Part shown: positions 50,562-60,656 of the stretch, piece after piece
How the letters are laid out: every line of letters starts with the position of its first letter
Position numbering within the stretch: the stretch's first letter is position 1
Source: Chitinophaga pinensis
GTDB lineage: Bacteria > Bacteroidota > Bacteroidia > UKL13-3
Direction: 5' to 3'
Assembly: GCA_945860865.1 (NCBI GenBank)
Contig: CAMARW010000003.1
Coordinates: 59,177-123,176 of the forward strand
DNA: 64,000 bases
The notes under the pieces: generated by a model
Told to the model about the DNA's origin: nothing
The model's database searches: none
What the model saw: only the letters and a program-made list of their open reading frames with translations
Position numbers and translations under genes: made by a program

Positions 50562-50754
50562 GTTTTGTCATTTGTCCGAATGGAATTTCATGCATTATTT
50601 TTAAAATTTCAGGCACTCTTTTACCTAGCCCACATTTCTCTAAAGCCTTTTCAGGCCTATCGGTTCGGGTGTATGCTATAAGGGTGAAATTAGTATCTCT
50701 TACCTGCAAATAATCAGGTATTTTGGCTTTGCCTTTTATTTTTATAATATACAA
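50545..50754 (-). CDS. small hypothetical protein (69 aa), translationally coupled to ftsE
   Basis: Lys/Glu-rich, non-membrane (MYIIKIKGKAKIPDYLQVRDTNFTLIAYTRTDRPEKALEKCGLGKRVPEILKIMHEIPFGQMTKLEFND). It overlaps the ftsE start by 17 nt. No family recognised. Its coding status is uncertain. Confidence 0.35.
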   Translation of the reverse strand: MYIIKIKGKAKIPDYLQVRDTNFTLIAYTRTDRPEKALEKCGLGKRVPEILKIMHEIPFGQMTKLEFND

Positions 50755-50819
50755 AATATGTTTTTTATTTTTATTTTTTACCTTGATTAACTAATATTGC
50801 TTCACAAAAATAAAAAACA

Positions 50820-52550
50820 ATGAAGGATTTTTTCAAAAAAGTTCTACCCATCAGTTTAACAACATCTATTTTAGTTGCTGCATGTAGTGGACCCAATCTT
50901 ACCAAAAACTCATATTCTGTAAACCCAGATCCACTAGAAATGCGTGGCGACTCAGTTTCAGTGGTAATTACAGGTACAGTTCCACCTAAAACCATGAAGT
51001 CGAAAGCAATGGTTACTTTCCAACCTTATTTGAAAACCAAAGATGGTAAAGAAATTAACTTAAAATCTGTTACCATTAAAGGTGAAAAAGCCGAAGGTTC
51101 TGCAGATTACACTGTAAATGCTAGTGCAGGTGGTACAATTACTTACACAGATAAAGTAGCTTACACTTCAGAAATGAAGAACGTAGATTTATTACCACGT
51201 TTTACTTACAAAGAAAAAGCATTGCTTGTTCCAGATAGTATCAAAGTAATGGGAACGGTAACTACGGCATCTATGGTTAAGTTTACCAACGAAACCTACA
51301 TGGCTGCTGATAATTACAAACCAGAATTAACCAATAAAGCGGTTAATATTTTCTTCCCAATGGATGTTGAACGCTTCAATCCAAACTTTAAAAGCGGTAA
51401 AACATTAGATAATAAAAAGCAAATTGCTCAATTAAAGACTTTGCTTAAGAAAGATGCCAATTGGGTGGTTAGAGGAATTTCTATCAATGCTTTCGCTTCA
51501 CCTGATGGTGAATTAGAAAGAAATAGCAGTTTATCTAAAGGTCGTTCAACTTCTACTTTTGCCTACTTTAGAAAAGAACTAAAGAAATTGGGTTTCTCAG
51601 AAGTTAATGATAGCAACTTTAGCATGGGTTATATGTTAGCAGAAGACTGGAAAGGTTTTGCAACTGAATTAGCTGCCTCAACAATTGCTGATAAAGATGC
51701 CATGATTGCAATTATCAACAACGCCAGCATTAATGATGTAGAACGTGAATCACAATTACGTGCCAGTTTCGAAAAATCTTGGAAAAAAGCCGCCGAAACT
51801 ATTTTACCTAAATTACGTAAATCTGAGTTAATTGTTATAGGTGGAAAACCTTTCAAAACCGATGCAGAGTTAATTACTTTCCATGGTAAATATACCGAGT
51901 TAAACCAATCTGAGTTGTATCATTTAAAAGTTATTACTACAGACCTAAAGTTAAAAGAGGAAGCAACAATCGCTTACAATAATCAATTTAGTTCTGATTG
52001 GAGAGGTTTTAATGATTTAGGTGTAATGTACTTAAACAGCAAAAACTATGATGGTGCTGCTGCTCAATTAAACAAAGCTTACGAAATTGATTTTAAAAAT
52101 GGTTTAGTATTAGCAAATATTGGAGCATTAGCGCGTGCCAAAGGCGATTTAGTTTCTGCTCGTAAATACTACCAACAAGCTGCTGATAATGGTGCTAATA
52201 CTTTTTATAACATCGGTGTATTAGATATCAAGGCAGGTAACTACTCTGCTGCTGTAAATAACTTTACCAAAAGTGGTAAATCTGATATTAACGTTGCTTT
52301 AGCGCAATTATTGAGCGGAAACGCAACAGGTGCTAAAACTACTATCGACAATTTAAATCCTGACGATTTAACTTGGGAACATTATTACTTGCGTGCTATA
52401 TGTGGCGCCAGAATGAACAGCCAAGATGTATGTACCACTAACTTAGCGCAAGCGGTTGCTAAAAACGGTACCGCCAGAACCATGGCTAAAGATGATGTTG
52501 AATTTAGAAGATTCTTCTCAAACCCATTGTTTGAAGCAGCTATTCGCTAA
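50820..52550 (+). CDS. lipoprotein with central OmpA-like segment and C-terminal TPR repeats
   Basis: 576 aa. Lipoprotein signal (ILVAACSG). The middle region FASPDGELERNSSLSKGRSTST resembles the OmpA-C-like peptidoglycan-binding motif. The C-terminal third has TPR-like repeats (YNIGVLDIKAGNYSAAVNNF...). Confidence 0.55.
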   Translation: MKDFFKKVLPISLTTSILVAACSGPNLTKNSYSVNPDPLEMRGDSVSVVITGTVPPKTMKSKAMVTFQPYLKTKDGKEINLKSVTIKGEKAEGSADYTVNASAGGTITYTDKVAYTSEMKNVDLLPRFTYKEKALLVPDSIKVMGTVTTASMVKFTNETYMAADNYKPELTNKAVNIFFPMDVERFNPNFKSGKTLDNKKQIAQLKTLLKKDANWVVRGISINAFASPDGELERNSSLSKGRSTSTFAYFRKELKKLGFSEVNDSNFSMGYMLAEDWKGFATELAASTIADKDAMIAIINNASINDVERESQLRASFEKSWKKAAETILPKLRKSELIVIGGKPFKTDAELITFHGKYTELNQSELYHLKVITTDLKLKEEATIAYNNQFSSDWRGFNDLGVMYLNSKNYDGAAAQLNKAYEIDFKNGLVLANIGALARAKGDLVSARKYYQQAADNGANTFYNIGVLDIKAGNYSAAVNNFTKSGKSDINVALAQLLSGNATGAKTTIDNLNPDDLTWEHYYLRAICGARMNSQDVCTTNLAQAVAKNGTARTMAKDDVEFRRFFSNPLFEAAIR

Positions 52551-52571
52551 TACATTGAATATTATTTTTGA

Positions 52572-52607
52572 AAACCTCAGTGATTCATTTCACTGAGGTT
52601 TTTTATT
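52572..52607 (+). terminator. rho-independent terminator of the lipoprotein gene
   Basis: AAACCTCAGTGA, 7-nt loop, CACTGAGGTTT, followed by TTTTTTATT. It lies 22 nt after the stop. Confidence 0.8.
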
Positions 52608-52616
52608 GTACTTAAC

Positions 52617-52654
52617 CCAATGGTTTTTCCACAAATTTGTGCAAAAACCATTGG
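52617..52654. promoter_or_regulatory. near-perfect 38-bp palindrome upstream of the topoisomerase B-subunit gene
   Basis: CCAATGGTTTTTCCACAAATTTGTGCAAAAACCATTGG. Only 2 of 38 positions break dyad symmetry, and there is a perfectly palindromic core CACAAATTTGTG. It ends 48 nt before the parE start. Confidence 0.4.
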
Positions 52655-52701
52655 TAATTTTAAGGCGAATGTGCTTACCTTAGCATTTTCTAAAAAGGAA
52701 T

Positions 52702-54582
52702 ATGGCAGAAGAAGTTGTAAATTATGATGAAAGTAGTATTCGCTCCCTCGATTGGCGCGAGCACATTCGTCTTCGTCCCGGCATGTACATCGGTAAATTG
52801 GGCGATGGTAGCGCCATGGATGATGGAATTTATATCTTGCTCAAAGAAATTTTAGATAATTCTATCGATGAATTTGTTATGGGCAATGGCCGACAAATTG
52901 ATATTAAAATTACCGATAATAAAGCTTTCATTCGCGACTATGGCAGAGGTATTCCTCTTGGCAAAGTAATAGAGTGTGTTTCACAGATTAACACAGGTGG
53001 AAAGTATGATTCAAAAGCATTTAAAAAATCTGTTGGTTTAAATGGGGTAGGAACCAAGGCGGTAAACGCGCTCTCACAACATTTTAAAGTACAATCTTTT
53101 AGAGAAGGTAAAACTAAAATTGTAGAATTTGAAAAGGGTATGTTGGTGCAAGACCATAAACTACAAGATAGCATGGAACCTAATGGAACCGCCATCTCTT
53201 TTGTGGCCGATGATACCATCTTTAAACACTTTAAGTTTATTAATGAGTATATAGAAAATATGCTCTGGAATTATGTTTACCTTAATAGTGGTTTAACTAT
53301 CTGGTTTAATAATAAAAAATACTTTTCTAAAGATGGTTTACTCGACTTGTTAAAACGCAAAACCAATGAGGAGGCCTTGCGTTACCCAATTATTCATCTT
53401 AAAGGTGAGGATATTGAGGTGGCTATAACCCATGAAAATCAATATGGTGAGGAATACTACAGCTTTGTAAATGGGCAGCATACCACGCAAGGTGGCACAC
53501 ACTTAAACGCATTTAGGGAAGCTTTTGCCAAAACTGTTCGCGATTTTTATAAAAAAGATTTCGACCTAGCAGATATTCGGGCAAGTATTATTGCTGCCGT
53601 TAGTTTACGTGTTCAAGAACCCGTTTTTGAAAGTCAGACTAAAACCAAACTGGGCTCACAAACAATGGCTCCTACAGAATCACAATCTGTAAAGCAGTTT
53701 GTAATGGATTTTATGAAGAAAAGTTTAGATGACTACCTGCATAAACATCCAGAAGCTGCCGACGCCCTTTTGCGCAGAATAAACCAGAGCGAGAGAGAAC
53801 GCAAAGAAATGGCTGGTATTAAAAAGCTTGCCAACGAACGCGCCAAAAAAGCCAACCTGCATAATAAAAAACTACGCGATTGTAGAATTCATTTTAATGA
53901 TGGCAAAGATGAACGCAAATTAGAAACAACCCTTTTTATTACTGAAGGTGATTCTGCCAGTGGTTCTATTACAAAAAGCAGAAACGTTGAACTACAAGCA
54001 GTTTTTAGTTTACGCGGAAAGCCTCTTAATAGTTACGGATTAACCAAAAAGGTAGTATACGAAAACGAAGAATTTAACTTGTTGCAACATGCTTTAAATA
54101 TTGAAGAAAGCATTGAAGACCTGCGATATAATAGAATAGTTGTTGCCACAGATGCCGATGTGGATGGTATGCACATTCGTTTATTGTTGCTCACTTTTTT
54201 CTTACAATTCTTCCCAGATTTGGCGAAAAACGGACATTTATACATCCTTGAAACTCCCTTGTTTAGGGTGAGGAACAAGCAAAAAACCATATATTGTTAT
54301 ACCGATCAAGAGCGTCAAAATGCCATTAGGCAGTTGGGCGTTCGCCCAGAAATAACCCGTTTTAAGGGTTTAGGTGAAATTTCTCCCGAGGAATTTGGTT
54401 TATTTATTGGCGAAGATATGCGCTTGCAACCCGTAGTGCTTAACCCAGATATGCCAATTCAAAAAATGTTAGAATATTACATGGGCAAAAACACAATGGA
54501 TAGACAAGCATTTATTATTGATAATTTGCGCATTGAAAAAGATAATGCGGTAGAAGAAGAGATAGAGGAAGAGCTAGTTTAA
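52702..54582 (+). CDS. parE: type IIA topoisomerase ATPase (B) subunit, topoisomerase IV ParE-type
   Basis: 626 aa. GHKL ATPase motifs ([23 protein letters not shown]) and a Toprim domain ([11 protein letters not shown], a DxD region). The length and N-terminus ([21 protein letters not shown]) fit Bacteroidota ParE better than GyrB. The ParE-versus-GyrB assignment is from sequence gestalt only. Confidence 0.78.
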   Translation: MAEEVVNYDESSIRSLDWREHIRLRPGMYIGKLGDGSAMDDGIYILLKEILDNSIDEFVMGNGRQIDIKITDNKAFIRDYGRGIPLGKVIECVSQINTGGKYDSKAFKKSVGLNGVGTKAVNALSQHFKVQSFREGKTKIVEFEKGMLVQDHKLQDSMEPNGTAISFVADDTIFKHFKFINEYIENMLWNYVYLNSGLTIWFNNKKYFSKDGLLDLLKRKTNEEALRYPIIHLKGEDIEVAITHENQYGEEYYSFVNGQHTTQGGTHLNAFREAFAKTVRDFYKKDFDLADIRASIIAAVSLRVQEPVFESQTKTKLGSQTMAPTESQSVKQFVMDFMKKSLDDYLHKHPEAADALLRRINQSERERKEMAGIKKLANERAKKANLHNKKLRDCRIHFNDGKDERKLETTLFITEGDSASGSITKSRNVELQAVFSLRGKPLNSYGLTKKVVYENEEFNLLQHALNIEESIEDLRYNRIVVATDADVDGMHIRLLLLTFFLQFFPDLAKNGHLYILETPLFRVRNKQKTIYCYTDQERQNAIRQLGVRPEITRFKGLGEISPEEFGLFIGEDMRLQPVVLNPDMPIQKMLEYYMGKNTMDRQAFIIDNLRIEKDNAVEEEIEEELV

Positions 54583-55416
54583 GCGTTGTGCACCTGTGTA
54601 AATATTAAACTTATCTGCTTTTACAAATCCAATTAATGTAATATTAAACTGCTTGGCAGTTTCTACAGCCAAGCTGCTTGGCGCACCTACAGAAACAACC
54701 ATTGGAATTTGGGCCATGGCTGCCTTTTGTAGCAGTTCAAAGCTAGCCCTTCCGCTTAATAACAAAATACTGTTTTTTAATTCCATTTCTACTGAACCTA
54801 AAGTTGCGCCAATCAATTTATCTAATGCATTGTGCCTGCCAACATCTTCTCTACTCAACAATAACTCACCAGATAAATTAAACAAACCACAGCCATGTAA
54901 GCCACCTGTGTATTTAAAAACTTGTTGATCATTTCTGAGAATTTCTGATAATGCCAAAATAAGCGATGGCTCTATAGAAAAGGCTGATTTTTCTTGGATG
55001 TCGCAAGCCTGAAAAACTGCCTCAATACTGGCTTTTCCGCAAACACCGCAGCTAGATGTGGTATAGAAATTTCTTTGTAAAGAAACCGCATCAAAAACAA
55101 CATCTTCCTTTAGTTCAACCCGTAACACATTAAAATTATTCTCTTTGGTATTAACTTCTGTGCAAAATTGTATGGATAAAATTTCACCAACCGAACCAAT
55201 AATTCCCTCTGTAAATAAAAAGCCAATGGCTAGTTCAAAATCATTTCCGGGGGTACGCATGGTTACTGAAATGCGTTGCTGTTGCCTGTTTTCTTTTAAC
55301 CCAAATCCTAAGCGAATTTCTAAGGGCTCTTCAACTGCCACCAAATCCTCGCTATACACATATTCGTTATTTACAAACCGCTTTAATTGAACGGCAGATA
55401 CTGCGGGTTTTTGCAT
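54574..55416 (-). CDS. fdhD: formate dehydrogenase accessory sulfurtransferase FdhD
   Basis: 280 aa with the FdhD signature [14 protein letters not shown]. Its 3' end overlaps the parE 3' end by 9 nt (convergent). Its start lies 3 nt after the stop of the upstream M1 peptidase. Confidence 0.8.
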   Translation of the reverse strand: MQKPAVSAVQLKRFVNNEYVYSEDLVAVEEPLEIRLGFGLKENRQQQRISVTMRTPGNDFELAIGFLFTEGIIGSVGEILSIQFCTEVNTKENNFNVLRVELKEDVVFDAVSLQRNFYTTSSCGVCGKASIEAVFQACDIQEKSAFSIEPSLILALSEILRNDQQVFKYTGGLHGCGLFNLSGELLLSREDVGRHNALDKLIGATLGSVEMELKNSILLLSGRASFELLQKAAMAQIPMVVSVGAPSSLAVETAKQFNITLIGFVKADKFNIYTGAQRLN

Positions 55417-55418
55417 GC

Positions 55419-57803
55419 TTACTTCACGATAAAACTTTGGGTAATCTTTCCCTTATTGTCTTCAAATATTAAATAAAACATTCCTTGCGGGTAAATACTT
55501 GTATTTATTTGAAGCTTATTTTCTTTATGGTTCACTTGCCATTCTTTTAATACTTTGCCAGTACCATCGCAAATTTTTAAAGTTCCTACCCCATGTTGGT
55601 CTGGCAATTCTAGGTTAAGTGAGCCCTCCGTTGGATTAGGATAAAGTAACATTTTGCGCCTATCGCCTTTAATTTCGTTAGTGCTTGCTCCCATATCTCT
55701 ATACCCTAATACATAATCTCCTTGCTTAAGATTATTCACCCAAAACCTACCCACTTTATCAATCTTGCTTCCACCCGGCTGAAAGGTAAGATCTGTTTCT
55801 ATACTAAACGCTGTTTGTGCATTGGGTCTGTAGAGTAATACTAAGCTATCTTCACTTCCAGTAATTAGGACATTATCTAAGTAACCAGCATTTCTGGCAG
55901 CAGGAGTGGAGCCATCGTAATTAAAAAAGGCAGTTGCCCCAAAATTGCTAACATTCCAAATACCGTTAATTCGCCAAAAACGCTCACGCGATAAGCGTAT
56001 GCCAGACGGAACCTCATTAGATTCATAACTAAAAAAGGGCTCAGCAAAATGATGCTCCACATATACCAGAGCAGAATCGCTGATGTTTTTTACGGTAAAT
56101 GTTAGTAAAGCATTTCCAAAAGTTTTAACACCAGTAGTTTTAATCCACTCTTGTTGAAAGGTTTTACCCAATACCAATTTATTATCCTCATTTAAAACCC
56201 AAAAGGCAATATCCTTGCTTTGAGAAGCCGAAAGGTACACATTAGATTTCCCTTTACCTGTCCAACCTGCTTCTATTTTAACTGGGGTTATCCATTTAGA
56301 GCCGTTTTTATAGTAAATACTCAGATTAGGTTCAGCCAATTTTATAAGATTCATTTTATTTCTTCTTTGTTGGTGGCTCGTTAAAATGTGCAAACCATCT
56401 GGGGTGTTTTGTGGTGCAAATTCGGAAGGTTGAATATCATGGTCGCCGGCATCGTAAATCCATGTTTTAAAAAAATCTACCATATCTACCGAAGAATATC
56501 CAGAAAAGTAATCCATTAAATTGAACGAGTTAACATCGCTAAATTTTAATGCTGTTAAATAATTTTTGCAAGCCTTAAAAAAGGCCGAATCGCCCATCAT
56601 GTTCCTTAGTGTATGCACCATTAACCCGCCTTTGGTATATACATGTGTGCCGTAGGTTTGAGCCAAGGGAACTCCAGAAACGGGTAAAAATCCGCCGTCT
56701 CTTGCATGTGCCCAGCGCATAGATTCGAATAGTTCTGAACCTATTTTTTCATTATATGCGCTCTTGCCGTAAGCACATTCTAAAAACAATGCTTCGCAGT
56801 AACTGGCCCAACCTTCGTTTAACCACATATCGCTGGCAGTGCGGGTGGTTACTAAATTGCCAAACCAGTTGTGTGCTAATTCGTGTGCCATTAGTGTTTC
56901 ATAATTGCCCGTGCCATCTACGGCATACAATGGATAAGAAATATTGCAGGCATGCTCCATAGCACCCGAGTTAAAGGGCACGCCTACATAACCAACTCTA
57001 TCAAATAAATACGGCCCAAATCTTTCTTCGAAGCACTGCATGGCTTGGTTCAGCCTAAAAAAAGACGCTTTGGCTTTTGCAGTATCTGCTGCGGCAACAG
57101 CTAATACAACAGGAATTTCTCTTTGTAGGCCAACATATTTGCTATTAATTAAAACGTATTTACTTACCGCTATATTAGCCAAATAAGTGGGTATGGTTTG
57201 GTTTAAACGCCAGCGCCAAGTAATACTGCCATTGGCATTTACGTTTGTAGACTCTTGCATACCGCTGCATACTGCCATATAGCCGCTATCTGTAGTTATT
57301 TCAAAAGAATAGGTAGCCCTGTCTGTAAAATTATCGTTGCACGGAAACCAACACCTGCCAAAATTGGGCGGATTAGAGCCCATGCCTACACCCATATTAA
57401 ATGCATAATCGCCCGCAAAATAAAAGCCACCCCAACGACTATCTCTAACAGGTGAACCTTGATAATAAATGTCTAGTACCACACTATCATTTTGGTAATA
57501 GGCTTTATTTAAAATTATATGCAAAGTAGAATCACTTTGTGTAAATAAAACGGGTACATTATTACAAAAAATGGAGTCAACATTTAATTTTAATAAATCG
57601 AATGTAAGGGCTTGCACATTCATAAAATTTGGCCTACCATATATACGCGCTTTTCCGCTAAGAGTTTTGCTGGGTAAATTACGGATGGATAAAGCTAAGT
57701 TGTAATGTGTAATATCCAAAGAATCAACTCTATTTGCCAAAGTTGTTTGAGATATAAATGGAAAAAATAGGCACAATAAGATAGTAAATTTTAGTCTTCT
57801 CAT
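55419..57803 (-). CDS. M1-family zinc aminopeptidase with T9SS C-terminal sorting domain
   Basis: 794 aa. Signal peptide; GAMEH and HELAHNWFGN...NEGWASY (HExxH-x18-E zincin motifs); a C-terminal approximately 80-aa T9SS sorting domain (...GMFYLIFEDNKGKITQSFIVK). Confidence 0.88.
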   Translation of the reverse strand: MRRLKFTILLCLFFPFISQTTLANRVDSLDITHYNLALSIRNLPSKTLSGKARIYGRPNFMNVQALTFDLLKLNVDSIFCNNVPVLFTQSDSTLHIILNKAYYQNDSVVLDIYYQGSPVRDSRWGGFYFAGDYAFNMGVGMGSNPPNFGRCWFPCNDNFTDRATYSFEITTDSGYMAVCSGMQESTNVNANGSITWRWRLNQTIPTYLANIAVSKYVLINSKYVGLQREIPVVLAVAAADTAKAKASFFRLNQAMQCFEERFGPYLFDRVGYVGVPFNSGAMEHACNISYPLYAVDGTGNYETLMAHELAHNWFGNLVTTRTASDMWLNEGWASYCEALFLECAYGKSAYNEKIGSELFESMRWAHARDGGFLPVSGVPLAQTYGTHVYTKGGLMVHTLRNMMGDSAFFKACKNYLTALKFSDVNSFNLMDYFSGYSSVDMVDFFKTWIYDAGDHDIQPSEFAPQNTPDGLHILTSHQQRRNKMNLIKLAEPNLSIYYKNGSKWITPVKIEAGWTGKGKSNVYLSASQSKDIAFWVLNEDNKLVLGKTFQQEWIKTTGVKTFGNALLTFTVKNISDSALVYVEHHFAEPFFSYESNEVPSGIRLSRERFWRINGIWNVSNFGATAFFNYDGSTPAARNAGYLDNVLITGSEDSLVLLYRPNAQTAFSIETDLTFQPGGSKIDKVGRFWVNNLKQGDYVLGYRDMGASTNEIKGDRRKMLLYPNPTEGSLNLELPDQHGVGTLKICDGTGKVLKEWQVNHKENKLQINTSIYPQGMFYLIFEDNKGKITQSFIVK

Positions 57804-57979
57804 AAGATTTCAAATATAAGGCAAAAATAGGAGCAATTTCTTATCCACAAATGGTCTTTTTTTTGTGGGAATTTTTTGTAACAAAATCCTGCTTTATAGC
57901 ATATTTTGCAATGTCTTATAGCAGGGAGTTTGGCTGACCCAAGGGTTGGTTCAAACCGATTTTTATAAAATGTAAATAC

Positions 57980-60595
57980 TTGATTATGGCAGAAGATAGA
58001 ATAATACAAATCAACATTGAGGATGAAATGAAAACCGCATACATCGATTATTCGATGTCGGTTATTGTTAGTAGAGCTTTACCAGATGTTCGTGATGGCT
58101 TAAAGCCGGTGCATCGTAGAGTTTTGTATGGTATGACGGAGTTAGGATTAGCTTCTAACCGTGCTTATAAAAAATCGGCACGTATTGTAGGAGAGGTTCT
58201 AGGAAAGTATCACCCACATGGTGATTCATCTGTTTACGATACCATGGTGCGCATGGCCCAAGAATGGAATATGCGTTACATGCTGGTAGATGGGCAAGGA
58301 AACTTTGGTTCTGTGGATGGCGATCCACCTGCAGCTATGCGTTACACAGAAGCTCGTTTGCGTAAAATGGCCGAAGAATTATTAACGGATATTGATAAAA
58401 ATACAGTTGATTTTCGTCCCAATTTTGATGATAGCTTAACAGAGCCAAGTGTATTACCTGCTAAAGTTCCTAATCTTTTGATGAATGGCGCTTCGGGTAT
58501 TGCAGTAGGTATGGCCACCAACATGGCACCACATAATTTATCTGAATGTGTAGATGGTATTATTGCTTATATCGAAAATAGAGATATTACCATTCCAGAA
58601 TTAATGCGCTATATAAAAGCGCCAGATTTTCCAACAGGCGGAATTATTTATGGTTATGAAGGTGTAAAAAATGCCCTCGAAACTGGTCGTGGTAGAATTG
58701 TAATGCGCGCTAAAGCGGGTTTCGAAACTTCTAAAACTGGCAAAGATCAAATTGTAGTAAACGAAATTCCTTATCAAGTAAATAAAGCTACGCTCATTAA
58801 ACAAATTGCCGATTTAGTAAATGAAAAGGTAATTGAAGGCATCAGCGACGTGCGCGATGAAAGTGATAGAGAAGGTATGCGCATGGTGTTCGACCTTAAG
58901 CGTGATGCCGTGCCGAATGTTGTTTTAAACAAATTGTTTAAATATAGCCAGTTGCAAACTTCGTTTAGTGTAAACAATGTGGCCCTTGTAAAAGGTCGTC
59001 CGCAAATGCTAAACTTAAAAGATTTAATTGTTCATTTTGTTGAGCATCGCCATGTAGTGGTTATTCGCAGAACACAATTTGATTTAGAAGAAGCGCAAAA
59101 ACGTGCACATATTTTAGAGGGTTTACTCATTGCTTTAGATCATTTAGATCAGGTAATTGCCCTAATACGTGCCGCACGTACGCCAGATGAAGCAAAAAAT
59201 GGCTTAATGGAAACATTTAAGCTAAGCGATATTCAATCTAAAGCCATTCTAGATATGCGTTTACAGCGCTTAACCGGACTAGAACGCGATAAGATTAAAG
59301 AAGAGTATGCGCAGATTATGGAGTTAATTGCACGTTTGCAAGAAATATTATCTAATGAGAGTTTGCGCATGCAGATTATCAAAGATGAACTAATTGAAAT
59401 GAAAGACAAATACGGCGATGAACGTAGGTCGGTTATAGAAATGGTGGGCAACGAGATGAGTATGGAAGACTTAATTCCGGATGATGAAGTGGTTATTACT
59501 ATTTCGCATTTGGGTTATATGAAACGTACCAGCCTAAGCGAATACAGAACGCAAGCCCGCGGTGGAAGAGGAAGTAGGGGAGTTGCCAAACGTCAGGAAG
59601 ACTTTGTTGAGCACATTTTTATGGCCACCAACCACAATTATTTGCTGTTGTTTACAGAGCAAGGTCGTTGTTTCTGGTTACGTGTATTTGAAATTCCTGA
59701 AGGTGAAAAAACCAGCAAGGGTAGAGCCATACAGAATTTAATAAACATCCCTGTAGATGATAAAGTAAAGGCGTTCTTAAATGTAAAATCTTTGAGCGAC
59801 CCAGAATACTTAAATACCTATAACGTAATTATGGTTACGCAAAAAGGTACCATTAAGAAAACTACTTTAGAAGCTTATAGCAGACCACGCGCAAATGGTA
59901 TCAATTCTATGAACGTGCGTGAGGGAGATACATTGGTTGAAGCCAAATTAACCAACGGCACCAGCGAAATTATCATTGCTAGTCGCCAGGGTAAAGCCAT
60001 TCGATTTAATGAAAGTGGTGTAAGACCAATGGGTAGAAATGCTACCGGTGTGCGCTCTATTCGTTTGGCAGAAGGCGATGAGGTAATTGGAATGGTATCT
60101 ATTGAAGATCCCAAACTAACCAATGTATTGGTAGTAAGTGAAAACGGTATGGGTAAACGCACCGAGGTTGAAGCATACAGAATTACCAAACGCGGTGGTA
60201 AGGGCGTAATGGCTATGAACGTTACCGAAAAAACAGGTAAATTGGTTTCCATCAAAGAGGTAGATGATACCAACGATATCATGATTATTAACAAAAGCGG
60301 TATCACCATCCGTTTAAGCGTAAGTTCTTTACGTGTGCTTGGAAGGGTTACACAAGGCGTAAGGTTAATCAATATTGGCGGTAAAGATGAAATTGCCAGC
60401 GTTGCCAAAATAAATTATATTCCTGGTGATGAAGAAGTTATAGAAGGTGCAGAAGGAGAGACCGAAGAGGGAGAAATTGTAGAAGGGTTTGAGGTAATTG
60501 TAGGCACAGATAAAGAGGTGGTAGAAGAGGCCGGACCAGAAATTATAGAGGAGGATACTGAGGAAGAAGACGATTCTACAGAGGATGAAGAATAA
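57980..60595 (+). CDS. gyrA: DNA gyrase subunit A
   Basis: 871 aa. The N-terminus aligns closely with E. coli GyrA ([32 protein letters not shown]...[19 protein letters not shown]). Active-site Tyr region [10 protein letters not shown]. GyrA-box QRGGKG variant (KRGGKG). Acidic C-terminal tail. The real start may be Met 57986. Confidence 0.92.
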   Translation: MIMAEDRIIQINIEDEMKTAYIDYSMSVIVSRALPDVRDGLKPVHRRVLYGMTELGLASNRAYKKSARIVGEVLGKYHPHGDSSVYDTMVRMAQEWNMRYMLVDGQGNFGSVDGDPPAAMRYTEARLRKMAEELLTDIDKNTVDFRPNFDDSLTEPSVLPAKVPNLLMNGASGIAVGMATNMAPHNLSECVDGIIAYIENRDITIPELMRYIKAPDFPTGGIIYGYEGVKNALETGRGRIVMRAKAGFETSKTGKDQIVVNEIPYQVNKATLIKQIADLVNEKVIEGISDVRDESDREGMRMVFDLKRDAVPNVVLNKLFKYSQLQTSFSVNNVALVKGRPQMLNLKDLIVHFVEHRHVVVIRRTQFDLEEAQKRAHILEGLLIALDHLDQVIALIRAARTPDEAKNGLMETFKLSDIQSKAILDMRLQRLTGLERDKIKEEYAQIMELIARLQEILSNESLRMQIIKDELIEMKDKYGDERRSVIEMVGNEMSMEDLIPDDEVVITISHLGYMKRTSLSEYRTQARGGRGSRGVAKRQEDFVEHIFMATNHNYLLLFTEQGRCFWLRVFEIPEGEKTSKGRAIQNLINIPVDDKVKAFLNVKSLSDPEYLNTYNVIMVTQKGTIKKTTLEAYSRPRANGINSMNVREGDTLVEAKLTNGTSEIIIASRQGKAIRFNESGVRPMGRNATGVRSIRLAEGDEVIGMVSIEDPKLTNVLVVSENGMGKRTEVEAYRITKRGGKGVMAMNVTEKTGKLVSIKEVDDTNDIMIINKSGITIRLSVSSLRVLGRVTQGVRLINIGGKDEIASVAKINYIPGDEEVIEGAEGETEEGEIVEGFEVIVGTDKEVVEEAGPEIIEEDTEEEDDSTEDEE

Positions 60596-60616
60596 AATAA
60601 ATCCTGCTTAAATTAA

Positions 60617-60656
60617 AACTCCGCAATCAATTTAATTTGGTTGCGGAGTTTTTTTA
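60617..60656. terminator. bidirectional rho-independent terminator shared by gyrA (+) and the M28 peptidase gene (-)
   Basis: AACTCCGCAA, 14-nt loop, TTGCGGAGTT, then a T tract of about 6 U. The minus-strand TAA stop (60654-60656) lies inside the T tract, and an A-rich stretch on the other side serves the minus-strand transcript. Confidence 0.8.

Noticed and set aside
50771-50995. 74-aa minus-strand ORF
   Set aside because: It overlaps the start of the well-supported lipoprotein gene on the opposite strand and has low-complexity translation. Likely spurious.
52702-54582. Calling this gene gyrB because gyrA is 3.4 kb downstream
   Set aside because: The length (626 aa), the absence of the long GyrB C-terminal insertion, and the N-terminal sequence pattern fit the ParE-type B subunit better. 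Genomic proximity to gyrA alone is weak evidence. The ambiguity is noted in the feature.
57925-57955. GGTTGGTTCAAACC string upstream of gyrA resembling a tRNA T-arm
   Set aside because: No cloverleaf can be built from the flanking sequence and there is no CCA or acceptor-stem complementarity. It is treated as part of the gyrA leader or promoter region.
60597-60656. Treating the gyrA terminator and the M28 terminator as separate features
   Set aside because: A single hairpin (AACTCCGCAA…TTGCGGAGTT) flanked by A-rich and T-rich tracts serves both convergent genes. It is recorded once as a bidirectional terminator.
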